Origin: Gemmatimonadota bacterium
GTDB taxonomy: Bacteria; Gemmatimonadota; Gemmatimonadetes; Gemmatimonadales; GWC2-71-9
Reading direction: 5' to 3'
DNA length: 64,000 bases
NCBI GenBank assembly: GCA_003169895.1
Contig: PNAE01000007.1
Coordinates: 1,135,222 to 1,199,221 of the forward strand
Positions 33,332 to 43,461 of this stretch are shown here, one piece after another. The position numbers and the translations under genes were made by a program. Every line of letters begins with the position of its first letter. The stretch's first letter is position 1. Under the pieces are notes generated by a model. The model saw only the letters and a program-made list of their open reading frames with translations, was not told the origin of the DNA and did no database searches.

Positions 33332-35632
33332 GTGGCACCTGTGCCGAATTATCAAGACGAATGGTTGGCGGCCGTCCTCGGTCCGCTCATTCCAGAAGCC
33401 AAGCTGGCTCGGCTCAAGGACGACACTGAGTCGAAGACGTCACTGTGGGAACGGATCATCGATGCGCGGCTCCTGACCCAGGCCGAGGTCCTCGATGCAG
33501 TTTCCGCCCGGTGCAAGCTGCCGATCGCGAATCTCGAGCTCGCTGGCGAAAGCGGCCGCGACGCATTGCCGGAGCAGCTGGCACGCCGGCACGCCGTGGT
33601 GCCACTCACCGTCACCGACGCGGTGCTCGAGGTGGCCACCAGCAATCCTTTCGACATTGGTGCGGAGCAGGCGCTGGCCTTCGCCACCGGACGCGAAGTG
33701 CGCATGTTGCTCGCGTCGCCGCCCCGGATTCGCGAACGCCTCGACATCCTGTACGGCAGCGCGCAACGCGGCGGCAGTGTCAAGGACATCCTCGGTGGGA
33801 TGGAGGATGTCGACGTTACCGAGCTCCCCGATGCGCAGGACGAGCTCGACGCCGAAGCCGCGGCGGCCGAGGCGAGTTCCCGGCCGATCATCAAGCTGGT
33901 CGACGTGTTATTGGCCGACGGCATCACCAGCCGGGCAAGCGATATCCATATTGAATCCGGCGAGGCGGTGGTGGTCATTCGCTACCGCATCGACGGTGTG
34001 CTGCGGCACGCCATGACGATCCCACGCAAGGCCGGCACGCCGCTGATCTCTCGCATCAAGATCATGTCGGGGCTCGACATCGCCGATCGCCTGCGGCCGC
34101 AGGACGGCCGCGCGCGCGTCGCGGTGAACGGCAATCCCGTCGACCTGCGCATCTCCACGCTTCCCGCAACGCACGGCGAAAAGGTCGTCATCCGTATCCT
34201 GAACACGCAGTCGACCATGCTGTCGCTCGAGGCGCTCGGCCTGTTCGAGGACGAGCAAGCCATCATCAAGAAGCTGCTCAACAGCAAGGAAGGGATCATC
34301 CTCTGCACCGGACCGACCGGTTCGGGCAAGACGACGACGCTGTACTCCTGTATTCGCATGATCGAAGGCGAAGGGGTCAACATCGTCACGGTGGAGGATC
34401 CGGTCGAGTACCGGCTTGGCAAGAACGTCGTACAAGTGCAGACCAACGAGAAAACCGGCCTCACCTTTGCCGCGGCGCTGCGATCGATCCTGCGCCAGGA
34501 CCCGGACATCGTGCTGGTGGGCGAGATCCGCGACATCGAGACCGCCCAGGTGGCAGTGCAGGCGTCGCTCACGGGCCACCTCGTGCTGTCCACGTTGCAC
34601 ACGAACGACGCTCCGAATACGGTCACGCGTCTGGTGGACATGGGACTCGAGGCGTTCAAGATCGGCGCGGCGTTGCGGGGCATCATTGCGCAGCGGCTGA
34701 TGCGCCGCATCTGTCCCGTGTGCCGTGAGAAGCAGCCGCTGAGCGAGCTCCCCGAGCGGTTGCGCAAGTGGGTGCCCGAAGGAGCTACGCTCTGGAAGGC
34801 TATCGGTTGCAGCCAATGCACCCAGACGGGGTATCGCGGCCGGTTCTCGGTGGTCGAAATCCTGGTGATGAACCCCGAAATCGAGCGACTCGTCGGCAAC
34901 AACGGCAACGCCGATGTCATCGCGGTGGCGGCGCGGGCGGCCGGCATGCGGTCGCTGTTTGAGTGCGGGCTCGCGCACCTGCTCGAGGGCCATACCACGG
35001 TCGACGAACTGCTTCGCGTCACCGACGTACCACAGGCACCGGAAGGTGCCGTCAAGGCGAAGGGGAAGTCGAAGGACAAGGCGAAGGGCCGCGCGGGCAC
35101 GACCGGTAACAGCACCCCGGTGGAACCGGCGACCGACGTCGAGACCACCGCCGAGCAAAGCGAGGATGAGCTGTTCGCGGGGATCGAGCTGGTTGATGAG
35201 TCGGACGGGCCGACCGAGCCCGCCGCCGCCGGATCGCGCGCGACGATCCTGCTGGTCGAGGACGAGGACTCACTCCGCCGCGTGATGAAGGACCTGCTGC
35301 AACAGGAAGGCTACGTGATCTGCGAGGCGCGCGACGGTGCCGAGGCCATGGAACAGGTGGACCGCCATAATCCCGATCTCGTGCTGCTCGACCTCAACCT
35401 GCCCAACGTTGATGGTTACACCGTCCTGCAACGGCTCCGGTCCCACCCGCGCACCCAGAACCTCCCGGTCATCATCCTCTCGGCACGAGGCGACGAGGAC
35501 AACGAAGTGAAAGTCCTGCGTCTCGGTGCCACCGATTTCCTCGCCAAGCCGTTCCGGCCGCGCGCGCTGTCGGCGCGGCTCGAAGCGACGCTGGCCAGAA
35601 GCAGGGCGGAAGAGGTCAAAGGTGAGAGGTGA
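33332..35632 (+). CDS. GspE/PilB-family secretion ATPase fused to a C-terminal response-regulator receiver domain
   Basis: T2SSE_N-like N-domain. Walker A CTGPTGSGKTTTLY, Asp/His boxes (VGEIRD, LVLSTLHTNDA), and a tetracysteine CPVC...CSQC. An about 85-aa charged linker, then REC (LLVEDED, LVLLDLNLP, IILSARG, LAKPF) at 35240-35629. Confidence 0.85.
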   Translation: MAPVPNYQDEWLAAVLGPLIPEAKLARLKDDTESKTSLWERIIDARLLTQAEVLDAVSARCKLPIANLELAGESGRDALPEQLARRHAVVPLTVTDAVLEVATSNPFDIGAEQALAFATGREVRMLLASPPRIRERLDILYGSAQRGGSVKDILGGMEDVDVTELPDAQDELDAEAAAAEASSRPIIKLVDVLLADGITSRASDIHIESGEAVVVIRYRIDGVLRHAMTIPRKAGTPLISRIKIMSGLDIADRLRPQDGRARVAVNGNPVDLRISTLPATHGEKVVIRILNTQSTMLSLEALGLFEDEQAIIKKLLNSKEGIILCTGPTGSGKTTTLYSCIRMIEGEGVNIVTVEDPVEYRLGKNVVQVQTNEKTGLTFAAALRSILRQDPDIVLVGEIRDIETAQVAVQASLTGHLVLSTLHTNDAPNTVTRLVDMGLEAFKIGAALRGIIAQRLMRRICPVCREKQPLSELPERLRKWVPEGATLWKAIGCSQCTQTGYRGRFSVVEILVMNPEIERLVGNNGNADVIAVAARAAGMRSLFECGLAHLLEGHTTVDELLRVTDVPQAPEGAVKAKGKSKDKAKGRAGTTGNSTPVEPATDVETTAEQSEDELFAGIELVDESDGPTEPAAAGSRATILLVEDEDSLRRVMKDLLQQEGYVICEARDGAEAMEQVDRHNPDLVLLDLNLPNVDGYTVLQRLRSHPRTQNLPVIILSARGDEDNEVKVLRLGATDFLAKPFRPRALSARLEATLARSRAEEVKGER

Positions 35633-35674
35633 GAGGTGAGCGGTGAAAGGTGACACCTTTCACCTCTATCTCTC
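35612..35674. repeat. Tandem-heptamer hairpin filling the GspE-REC / NUDIX intergenic space
   Basis: (GGTGAGA)x2 GGTGAGC GGTGAAA GGTG a CACCTTTCACC tctatctctc. The core is a perfect 11-bp stem at 35642-35664. Confidence 0.7.
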
Positions 35675-36160
35675 ATGACCACCATCCGCACAGCGCTCGT
35701 CGATGTCTACGTCCTGCGCGGGCGGGGTGAAACGCTCGAGGCGCTGCTGCTGCGCCGCGCCCGCGATCAGGTCCGCGGCGGGACGTGGGAGGCGGTACAC
35801 GGCAAGATCGACGGCGGCGAGACGCCGGTCGCGGCGGCGCGGCGCGAGCTGCGCGAGGAAATCGGCTGCGAGCCCCTGGCGTTGTACAACCTGAGCCGGG
35901 TCGAGCAGTTCTACCTGCACCACGACGACGAGATCGCGCTGGTTCCGGTCTTCGTCGCGTTCGTTGCGGCTGATGCGGTGATCCGCCTCAGCGACGAGCA
36001 CGACACGCTGCTCTGGCTCTCACCCGAAGCGGCCACGGCGCAGTGCACGTGGCCGCGCGCGGCGCGGGCGCTGGAGGATGCGGTCCGGATGCTCGGCACG
36101 GGCAACGCTGGACTGCTGGAGGAGATCCTGCGGATCCCGCCACCGCCTCTTCCAGATTGA
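35675..36160 (+). CDS. NUDIX hydrolase
   Basis: NUDIX box GKIDGGETPVAAARRELREEIG. Confidence 0.85.
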   Translation: MTTIRTALVDVYVLRGRGETLEALLLRRARDQVRGGTWEAVHGKIDGGETPVAAARRELREEIGCEPLALYNLSRVEQFYLHHDDEIALVPVFVAFVAADAVIRLSDEHDTLLWLSPEAATAQCTWPRAARALEDAVRMLGTGNAGLLEEILRIPPPPLPD

Positions 36161-36279
36161 TACGTCGCGCCGTTCTTCCTCGATCGAACTTGCGCGCGTC
36201 GAGTCTGCATGTACCATCTATTCGGTCACTGCACGCCTCCTAAGGTTCCCGATCCATCCTTGCGGCTCAGGAAATCGGC

Positions 36280-37605
36280 ATGGACGTTCGCCACTGGACG
36301 ATCACCGTATTCGCCGCCACCGTGAGCCTTGCGGCGCCGCATTGTCGCGCGGCGGCCCAGGCCTCGGTGATCGATCGCCTGACGAAGGCCGCGCAGGATG
36401 CGGCCAACGCGGGCAAGAAGGCCGTGGCCCAGGAGGTCAATCGGCAGGTCAACAGCGCCGTGGAGGCGGCCGCCGAGCAGGACGTGGCCGACGGGAGCTT
36501 CATCGCGGTGCTGTCGCCGTGGAGTTCCAGCGACGGCACCAAACGGGTGGAGTTGGCGAGGTATTCCGGGGCGGCATTCGTCGTGACCGGCGCGACTGGG
36601 CGCCAGATCGTGGTCTGTGACACCAAGGGCGTGCTGCCGTGGCAAGTGACATTCAACGTCCAGAACAGTCCCGGCGCCGGCGGAGCGACCGGAGCCGCGA
36701 CCGGAGGGACGGCGCTCGCTGGGCGGGGCGGCGGGACGGCGCTCACTGGGCGGGGCGGCGGCGCCGCGCCGTCGGGCCGTGGTGGCACCGGTGCCACCGG
36801 TGCCCCGTCCACCGGGAGTCGCGGCGGAGCGCCACCGGCGAACGGTGGCGGCGGCACATCGGCGCGAGGTGGCGGTGGCACATCGGCGCGAGGTGGCGGT
36901 GGCACATCGGCGCGAGGCGGCGGCTCGCCGGCGGGGAGAGGCGGCGCGGCGGATACTTCGTCGTCAAGAGGTGGCGGGGCTGCTCCCGCCAAGACCGAAT
37001 CGGCCCCATCGGCAAACCAGCGGGACTACCGGTTTCCGTCCAACCAGGTGACCGTCACCCTCCCGACAGTGGGTGCCCGCAGCGGCAACCCGAGCCAGGG
37101 ATCGCTCCGAGTCGGAGATATTTCAGAAACGGTGCTCGCGGGTGCGGCGAAGATCCGGTTCGCGCAGGCGACGTTGCCCGGGCAGGCGGGGCCGCAAGTC
37201 GTCGACTTTGGCGTCGCATTCAAGGCAAGGGTCCTGCCGTCGGGCGAGGCGCCCGTGGGGTGCCTGGCGCCAACTGCCGGCAGGGGCACGCTGGCCGGTC
37301 CGAGTCCGGCCGGCAGAGGCAGCGCTACCGCCGGCCGTGGCGGCACCGCCAACCCGGCGACGAATCCGTCGCCTGCAGCCGTGCCCAATCCCGGTCCGAC
37401 GTTCGCCGCGGGTGATATCCTGACGCCGAAGATCGACAACGTGAAAATGCTCGCCGAGGCGAAGGACAGCGCCAAGGTCGCCACCACAGTCAAGAAGGGC
37501 GATGAACTCGTCTATCTTGGCGACGAGCAGAACGGGTTCGAACACGTGCAGAGCGCGACTGGGGAAGGTTGGGTCAAGAAGGTGCTGGTGATGAAGCACC
37601 CCTGA
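36280..37605 (+). CDS. Secreted protein with Gly/Arg-rich repeats and a C-terminal SH3b-like domain
   Basis: Signal ...VSLAAPHCRAAAQA. GRGGG-type repeats. C-terminal KMLAEAKDSAKVATTVKKGDELVYLGDEQNGFEHVQSATGEGWVKK resembles bacterial SH3. Confidence 0.65.
   Translation: MDVRHWTITVFAATVSLAAPHCRAAAQASVIDRLTKAAQDAANAGKKAVAQEVNRQVNSAVEAAAEQDVADGSFIAVLSPWSSSDGTKRVELARYSGAAFVVTGATGRQIVVCDTKGVLPWQVTFNVQNSPGAGGATGAATGGTALAGRGGGTALTGRGGGAAPSGRGGTGATGAPSTGSRGGAPPANGGGGTSARGGGGTSARGGGGTSARGGGSPAGRGGAADTSSSRGGGAAPAKTESAPSANQRDYRFPSNQVTVTLPTVGARSGNPSQGSLRVGDISETVLAGAAKIRFAQATLPGQAGPQVVDFGVAFKARVLPSGEAPVGCLAPTAGRGTLAGPSPAGRGSATAGRGGTANPATNPSPAAVPNPGPTFAAGDILTPKIDNVKMLAEAKDSAKVATTVKKGDELVYLGDEQNGFEHVQSATGEGWVKKVLVMKHP
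36844..36915 (+). repeat. Near-perfect 24-nt tandem repeat x3 inside the CDS (GGGGTSAR x3)
   Basis: ggtggcggYggcacatcggcgcga repeated three times head to tail. Confidence 0.9.
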
Positions 37606-37636
37606 GGACCCGGTTCGGGCGCAGCACGCCGCGCCC

Positions 37637-38476
37637 CTACGGTCGCGGCCGGTCCGGGTCGCGATGTGTCGAAAACACTTCTGGTGGTGCATTTGGCTTG
37701 ACGCGAATCGACTTGGCAGGAATGCCGACATGTACGTGATACGGCCGCACGTCCTTCGTTGCCAGCGCCCCGGCTCCCACCATCCCGTTCCGACCAATGC
37801 GCACGCCCGCCAGCACCGTCGCGTGGTAGGTGATCCGCACGTCATCCTCCAGCACCGTGCGCAACGCCGTCACTTCCTTCTGGTCGATGATACTGTGCGT
37901 GTGCGAGTAGATATTGGCGTAATCCGAAATCGAGACGCGATCGCCCAGCACCAGGCCGCCGCGGTCGTCGAGCAGCACGTGCCGGTGCACCACGACGTCG
38001 TCCCCTACTTCCAGTTGATATCCGAACGAAAACTCCACGTGCTGGAAGCACTTGAAGTTGCTGCCGACACGCGCCAAGACAAACGGCGCCAGCATCCGGC
38101 GAAAATGCACGCCAAGATCGACGTTCTGCCCGCCGGCCGGCAGGCGATCAAACGAATACCACAACCACAGCAGCGGCTTGACCCGCGCGAAACGCGCCTC
38201 ATCGACCTCGGCGTAATACTCCGGCTCGAGCGTGATGTTGCGCGGATCGCAGGCGTCGAGCGCGATACGGTTCGCCAGTGGCAGGGATGGATCGGCCCGG
38301 CGCTCCGTCCAGCTCCCCTGCAGGGGATACGCCAGCTCGAACAGGGTATCGCGCGCGATGACATTCCAGTCGGCGCCTGCAGCGCGAAGCCGCTGGTCGA
38401 CGTCGGCGAGCCATTCGTCGCGGAGCTGGCGCGCAGCGGGTGGAACCTCGATGCGACGCAAGGGACGCAACGGCAT
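37637..38476 (-). CDS. Hexapeptide-repeat (left-handed beta-helix) acyl/acetyltransferase
   Basis: The C-terminal half has ...VGDDVVVHRHVLLDDRGGLVLGDRVSISDYANIYSHTH...ITYHATVLAGVRIGRNGMVGAGALATKDV hexapeptide periodicity. Confidence 0.7.
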   Translation of the reverse strand: MPLRPLRRIEVPPAARQLRDEWLADVDQRLRAAGADWNVIARDTLFELAYPLQGSWTERRADPSLPLANRIALDACDPRNITLEPEYYAEVDEARFARVKPLLWLWYSFDRLPAGGQNVDLGVHFRRMLAPFVLARVGSNFKCFQHVEFSFGYQLEVGDDVVVHRHVLLDDRGGLVLGDRVSISDYANIYSHTHSIIDQKEVTALRTVLEDDVRITYHATVLAGVRIGRNGMVGAGALATKDVRPYHVHVGIPAKSIRVKPNAPPEVFSTHRDPDRPRP

Positions 38477-38478
38477 GG

Positions 38479-39153
38479 TCAGCGGTGGCTCGTGTCCGGG
38501 CGGGCACGTGCACCGCCAAGTATCCGTGCCCGCTCTTCATCGAAGCGCGTCAGGCGGTTTCCCCAGTCGTCGTTGTTCGCCGCGAGATACGAGAGCGTGA
38601 ACGCTTCCTTGACCGGGATGTCGCGACGGAAGATGAACAGTGCCAGCACCTGTTCGCGGACGTCGAGCTGCTGGTTGGAAAAGGTCGACGACAGCGCCAC
38701 CCACGCGGCAGGGCGGAACTGCTGGCCGTGAAAGGTGAGTGTCAGCAGCTGCGGATCGAATCGCGTATTGGGTGCCAGCCCATGAAAACTCACGAAGGCC
38801 AAGCCGGGTGAGGTCACCCCGGCGGCGGCCGCCGCGGAGTCGATGGACGGCTGGTGTTGCTGGATCAGCCGCTCCATCGATTGATACGAGTCCCTGGTGA
38901 GCAGGCGCAGGACCCGTTCGTCAAGCGGGACGAAGACGACCTCGAGATTCGTGTTGGTGAGGTTGATCGTAATGTTGGACAGGCTGAGCTGGCCCTTGTC
39001 CGTCGGGAGGTTGTCGGTCCGGGAGGTGTCGGCGCCTGCCTGCGCACGCACGGCGGCTGGCATCGTCGCAGCTGCGACGACCAGGACGGTGTACAGACTC
39101 CGCCGGCCGATTCGAAAGTCATGACCGTCGGTGCTGACCTTGTCTCGCCTCAT
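38479..39153 (-). CDS. Hypothetical secreted protein
   Basis: Signal-like SLYTVLVVAAATMPAAVRAQA. ATGA overlap with the engB stop. No family recognised. Confidence 0.5.
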   Translation of the reverse strand: MRRDKVSTDGHDFRIGRRSLYTVLVVAAATMPAAVRAQAGADTSRTDNLPTDKGQLSLSNITINLTNTNLEVVFVPLDERVLRLLTRDSYQSMERLIQQHQPSIDSAAAAAGVTSPGLAFVSFHGLAPNTRFDPQLLTLTFHGQQFRPAAWVALSSTFSNQQLDVREQVLALFIFRRDIPVKEAFTLSYLAANNDDWGNRLTRFDEERARILGGARARPDTSHR

Positions 39154-39761
39154 GCCGCCTCCGTCGCCGCCGCGAGCAGCGATTCGCCCAGCTCTGCGAT
39201 GCCCAGGCCCGTGGTTGCGCTGACCAGCTGAACCTGCTCCCGGCCAATACCCAGCTCACGCGACCTCGCCGCGAGCGCCGCCGCCTGCCTGCCGTGGGGC
39301 AGCTTGTCCGCCTTGGTCAGCACCGCGAGCACCGCGCGGCCCGACTCGGACAGCAGTGTCTGGAACTCCTGATCGTCCACCGACAGCGGATGCCTCACAT
39401 CCAGCAGCCACACGACCCCGGTCAGCGAATCACGGGATCGCAGCAGCGTCTGCAGCAGTTCGCGGTACTCGCGGCGTGCCGTCTGGCCAGCCTTGGCGAA
39501 GCCGTACCCGGGCAAGTCAATAAGATAGAGCCTCGGCAGCCGATAGACGTTGAGCAACTGGGTCTTTCCCGGGGTTCCGCTCACGCGGGCGACCGACCGG
39601 CGACCGACCAGGGCATTGAGCAAGGAAGACTTGCCGACGTTGGACCGGCCGATGAAGGCGAATTCCGCGGCCGCGGGTATCAGTCGATGTGACGGATCGG
39701 GAAAGCTGCCGAGGAACTCGATCGGGAGGCCGGCGAGCGGGGATGGGGCCTGCGGATTCAC
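39150..39761 (-). CDS. engB: Ribosome-biogenesis GTPase YihA/EngB
   Basis: G1 [25 protein letters not shown]. Confidence 0.9.
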   Translation of the reverse strand: MNPQAPSPLAGLPIEFLGSFPDPSHRLIPAAAEFAFIGRSNVGKSSLLNALVGRRSVARVSGTPGKTQLLNVYRLPRLYLIDLPGYGFAKAGQTARREYRELLQTLLRSRDSLTGVVWLLDVRHPLSVDDQEFQTLLSESGRAVLAVLTKADKLPHGRQAAALAARSRELGIGREQVQLVSATTGLGIAELGESLLAAATEAA

Positions 39762-39806
39762 AGGGTCCCTCGCGGTGCCCGGGACGTGGCGTTCGCGCGG
39801 CGAACG

Positions 39807-41063
39807 CTATGCTTCCTTCTTCTGCCGGGCGCGTTCGGTCACGATCAGCGGCGCCGATCCCTGGTTGATCGACTCGGGTGTGATGATCACCTCGCGCACA
39901 TCGGTTCGGGTCGGCAACTCGAACATGATGTCCGTCATCATGTGCTCGAGAATGGCGCGCAGGCCGCGGGCACCCGTCTGCCGGGTGATCGCCTTGCGAG
40001 CCGCGGCGCGGAGCGCCTCGGGATCGAAGGTGAGTCCAACCCCTTCGAGGTCGAACAGCTTCTGGTACTGCTTGGTCAGCGCATTCTTCGGCTCGACGAG
40101 GATGCGCACCAGCGCGTCTTCGTCGAGCGATTCGAGTGCGACGAGCACCGGCAGGCGGCCGACCAGTTCGGGAATCATGCCGAAACGGAGCAGGTCGTCC
40201 GGTTCGGCGGACTTGTAGGGGTGCTGCTCGTCGAACACCACGCCGGTCGGGGGGAGCTCCTCGCCGCGGTCCGCAAAGCCGATCCGCTGGCGGCCCAGGC
40301 GGGCCTCGATGATCTTCTCGAGGCCGTCGAACGCGCCACCGCAGATGAACAGGATGTCGCGGGTATTGATCTGGATGTATTCCTGTTGCGGATGCTTGCG
40401 GCCGCCCTGCGGCGGCACCGATGCGACGGTGCCTTCGAGGATCTTGAGCAGCGCCTGCTGCACCCCTTCGCCCGACACGTCGCGCGTGATGCTCGGGTTT
40501 TCCGACTTGCGCGCGATCTTGTCGATTTCGTCGATGTAGACGATGCCGCGCTCGCACTCACTGACGTTGAAGTCGCCGGCCTGCAGCAATCGGACGAGGA
40601 TGTTCTCGACATCCTCGCCCACATAGCCGGCCTCGGTCAGCGTGGTCGCGTCGGCGATCGTGAATGGCACGTCGAGGATCCGCGCCAGCGTTTGGGCCAG
40701 CAGCGTCTTGCCGGTGCCGGTCGGCCCGAGCATCAGGATGTTCGACTTCTCGAGCTCGACCTCGCTGCTGTCGCGCGGGCCGGAATTGATGCGCTTGTAG
40801 TGGTTGTAGACCGCAACCGACAACGAGCGCTTGGCGCGCTCCTGTCCGATCACGTACTGGTCCAGCGTATCCTTGATTTCCTGCGGCGACGGAACCGGGC
40901 GCTGGGCTTCGGTCGCTTCGCGCTCCTCATCCTCGGCGAGGATTTCGTTGCAGAGCGTGATGCACTCGTTGCAGATATACACCGACGGCCCGGAAATGAA
41001 CTTCCGGACGGAGTCCTTGCTCTTGCCGCAGAAGCTGCATCGCAGGTGCTTGTCGTTGGACAT
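39807..41063 (-). CDS. clpX: ATP-dependent Clp protease ATP-binding subunit ClpX
   Basis: Zinc finger CSFCGKS...CNEC, Walker [14 protein letters not shown], full length. Confidence 0.97.
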   Translation of the reverse strand: MSNDKHLRCSFCGKSKDSVRKFISGPSVYICNECITLCNEILAEDEEREATEAQRPVPSPQEIKDTLDQYVIGQERAKRSLSVAVYNHYKRINSGPRDSSEVELEKSNILMLGPTGTGKTLLAQTLARILDVPFTIADATTLTEAGYVGEDVENILVRLLQAGDFNVSECERGIVYIDEIDKIARKSENPSITRDVSGEGVQQALLKILEGTVASVPPQGGRKHPQQEYIQINTRDILFICGGAFDGLEKIIEARLGRQRIGFADRGEELPPTGVVFDEQHPYKSAEPDDLLRFGMIPELVGRLPVLVALESLDEDALVRILVEPKNALTKQYQKLFDLEGVGLTFDPEALRAAARKAITRQTGARGLRAILEHMMTDIMFELPTRTDVREVIITPESINQGSAPLIVTERARQKKEA

Positions 41064-41075
41064 TGCCGATTTCCC

Positions 41076-41690
41076 CTAGACCGCCGCCGTCGCGGCTTTG
41101 CGGGGCGCAAAAACCGTGTCGACGAGCCCGTATGCCACCGCTTCTTCGGCGCTCATGAATCGGTCGCGCTCCATGTCGTGCTCGATCTGCGACAGGGCCT
41201 GCCCGGTGTGGCGCGCGTACAGCTCGTGCATCTTGCCGCGCAGGTACAGGATCTCTTTCGCCTGGATCTCGATGTCGGCCGCGGTGCCCTGCGCGCCGCC
41301 CGAAGGCTGGTGCATCATGATCCGCGAATGGGGCAACGCGGCCCGCTTGCCCTTGGTGCCTGCCGCCAGCAGGAACGACCCCATCGATGCCGCCATGCCC
41401 ATGCAGATCGTATTGATCGGCGCCCGCAAGTGCTGCATCGTGTCGTAGATCGCCATGCCGCTCGACACCACGCCGCCCGGCGAGTTGATGTACACGTAGA
41501 TGTCCTTCTCCGGGTTGTCCGCCTCAAGGAACAGCAGCTGCGCGATGATGATGTTCGCGACATCGTCATTGATCGCGGCGCCGAGGAACACGATGCGGTC
41601 CATCAGCAGGCGCGAGAAGATGTCGTACGTCCGCTCGCCCCGGCTGGAGCGCTCGATAATGTACGGCGGATAGATGGAGGCGTGGGTCAC
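41076..41690 (-). CDS. clpP: ATP-dependent Clp protease proteolytic subunit
   Basis: [14 protein letters not shown], and [11 protein letters not shown] (catalytic Ser). Confidence 0.97.
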   Translation of the reverse strand: MTHASIYPPYIIERSSRGERTYDIFSRLLMDRIVFLGAAINDDVANIIIAQLLFLEADNPEKDIYVYINSPGGVVSSGMAIYDTMQHLRAPINTICMGMAASMGSFLLAAGTKGKRAALPHSRIMMHQPSGGAQGTAADIEIQAKEILYLRGKMHELYARHTGQALSQIEHDMERDRFMSAEEAVAYGLVDTVFAPRKAATAAV

Positions 41691-42943
41691 GCCGCATCCT
41701 CGGTGACGGTGGATTGCTGGAGGAGCCAGGCGAACACCTTCTCCTCCGTGATCGAATGCTCGAGCTCGCCCAGCCGGCGATTCTGCTGCAGGGACGCATA
41801 CAGCTTGCCCGGCTCGACCCCGCGAGCCCCGGCCAGACTGGCCACTCGCTGGTCGATATCCGCCTCCGTGGCACGCAGGTTCTGGGCCGCTGCCACTGAA
41901 TCGAGAATAAGTTCGCGTTTGACCTGCGCCTCCGCAACCGACCGGAACGACTGGGCGAACGTTTCAAACTGGGCTGGTTCCACCCGGTACGATTCGCCAT
42001 AGGCATGCAGCAGGCGGTGAACCATGGACGGCGGCGCCGGGACGTGGTTGGCCTCGCCGATTCGCCGAAGCAGCTCGCCCTTGACCTCGTTGTCGGCCTG
42101 CCGGGCGGCGTCGGCGGTGAGGTCGGCGCGCACCCGTTCCCGCAGCGTGGTCAGTGAATCGAAGTCACCCAGTTCGCGCGCCAGGGCATCATCGAGGTCG
42201 GGGAGGATCTGCTCCTTCACCTCATGCAGTGCGATGCGAACCCGCCGGGTCTGGCCGCGATGGCTCGCTTCGGCGTGATCATCCGGGAAGCGCACCTCGG
42301 CTTCCACCGCTGCTCCTGGCTCGAGTGCCATGATGCGCTCCTCCAGCTCCGGAATCGCCTGGCCCTGGCCGAGCACGAGGTCGTGCGGTGCAGTGGCGGC
42401 GGGGTCGACGCCTTCTTCGAGCGTCGTCACTGTCACGGAGACGAGATTGCCCGGCTTCGGCCGCACGCCGGACAACGGGCTCCACGTGCCGCGTTGCTCG
42501 CGCAGTTGCTGCAATTGCTCCTGCACCATTTCGTCGGTCACAGCCGGAACGCTGCGCTTGAGCGCGAACCCGCCAGTTGTCGCGAGCGCCAACTGCGGCC
42601 GCACCTCGATCAGTACCTCGAATGTCAGCGGCTTGCCGGTTTCGAACGACACGTTGCGGATCTGCGGGTCGGCGGTCGGCTTGAGCTCGGTTTCCTTGAG
42701 GATCGTGTCCCAGCTCTCCCTGAGCGCGTCCTCGAGGACGGACCGCCGGATTTCGGTCTCGAAGCGGCGGCGCACTACCGGCTCGGGGGCGTGCCCCTTC
42801 CGGAACCCGGGCAGCCGCGCCTTGCGCGCATACTCGCGGACCGCGCGACGTTCGGTGGCCTCCAGCCGGTCCACGTCGACGGTGACCTGCAGTGATTTCG
42901 AAGCGACGTCTTCAGCCGTGGTCTGATAGGAGATTCCAGTCAT
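41687..42943 (-). CDS. tig: Trigger factor
   Basis: N-domain ...[12 protein letters not shown]..., a PPIase-like middle and the C-domain. Preferred start MTGISYQ at 42943, because the track start 42985 lies inside an intergenic repeat. Confidence 0.9.
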   Translation of the reverse strand: MTGISYQTTAEDVASKSLQVTVDVDRLEATERRAVREYARKARLPGFRKGHAPEPVVRRRFETEIRRSVLEDALRESWDTILKETELKPTADPQIRNVSFETGKPLTFEVLIEVRPQLALATTGGFALKRSVPAVTDEMVQEQLQQLREQRGTWSPLSGVRPKPGNLVSVTVTTLEEGVDPAATAPHDLVLGQGQAIPELEERIMALEPGAAVEAEVRFPDDHAEASHRGQTRRVRIALHEVKEQILPDLDDALARELGDFDSLTTLRERVRADLTADAARQADNEVKGELLRRIGEANHVPAPPSMVHRLLHAYGESYRVEPAQFETFAQSFRSVAEAQVKRELILDSVAAAQNLRATEADIDQRVASLAGARGVEPGKLYASLQQNRRLGELEHSITEEKVFAWLLQQSTVTEDAA

Positions 42944-42966
42944 AGCTTCTAAAGATAGCGGAGGGA

Positions 42967-42995
42967 CTGGTGGCTGGTGGGTCATGAGCCACCAG
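42967..42995. repeat. Tandem-heptamer hairpin (CTGGTGG x2 ... CCACCAG) in the tig / response-regulator divergent region
   Basis: ctggtggctggtgg gtcatgag ccaccag, immediately followed by TATAAT (42997-43002), 9 nt before the ATG at 43012. Confidence 0.55.
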
Positions 42996-43011
42996 CTATA
43001 ATCTTCTTGTC

Positions 43012-43401
43012 ATGGCCCGAATCCTTCTGGTTGACGATGACGCGTCCGTGCGCCGGGTGGTGCGGTTGACATTCGAACGCGGCGGATACACGGTCATCGA
43101 GGCGTCATCGGCGTTCGAGGCGCTCGGCATGCTGCGGGGCGACGAATTGCCCGACGCCGTAGTGTGTGACGTCCTGATGCCGGGCATGACCGGGTTGCAG
43201 TTCTACCGGCATCTCGCCGAGCGGGCGCCGAGGTTGCGCCATCGGGTCGTGTTCCTCACCGGCGCGAACCAGGATCCCGACGTGCATCGTCCGATCGAGC
43301 AACTCGGCGTTCCGCTGCTTGGCAAGCTCGGCGACCTCCGGCTGGTGCTCGACGCCGTGCGCATCGCCCTGTTGCGGCCGGACCACGCCGATCCGCCCTG
43401 A
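43012..43401 (+). CDS. Stand-alone response-regulator receiver (CheY-like)
   Basis: ILLVDDD, AVVCDVLMPGMTG, VVFLTG. Confidence 0.85.
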   Translation: MARILLVDDDASVRRVVRLTFERGGYTVIEASSAFEALGMLRGDELPDAVVCDVLMPGMTGLQFYRHLAERAPRLRHRVVFLTGANQDPDVHRPIEQLGVPLLGKLGDLRLVLDAVRIALLRPDHADPP

Positions 43402-43461
43402 TGGTGCGCCTCACTCTCCGCACGACAGGTCGCCATCACCCATCCCCGTTCTGAGGTCTGC

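Noticed and set aside
33333-33349. Sigma-54-like TGGCAC-N5 element
   Set aside because: The downstream half is CCGA rather than TTGC, and it overlaps the first codons of the GspE-REC ORF.
30626-33355. 909-aa ORF on the minus strand, the longest in this region
   Set aside because: Only its last 558 nt (30626-31183) have protein-like composition and a lipoprotein start. The rest is Arg/Pro/Gly/His-rich and lies antisense to a well-formed plus-strand gene (31208-33217), so it is a typical high-GC shadow ORF.
39786-42002. 738-aa plus-strand ORF
   Set aside because: It is antisense to clpX, clpP and the end of tig, and has no recognisable motifs.
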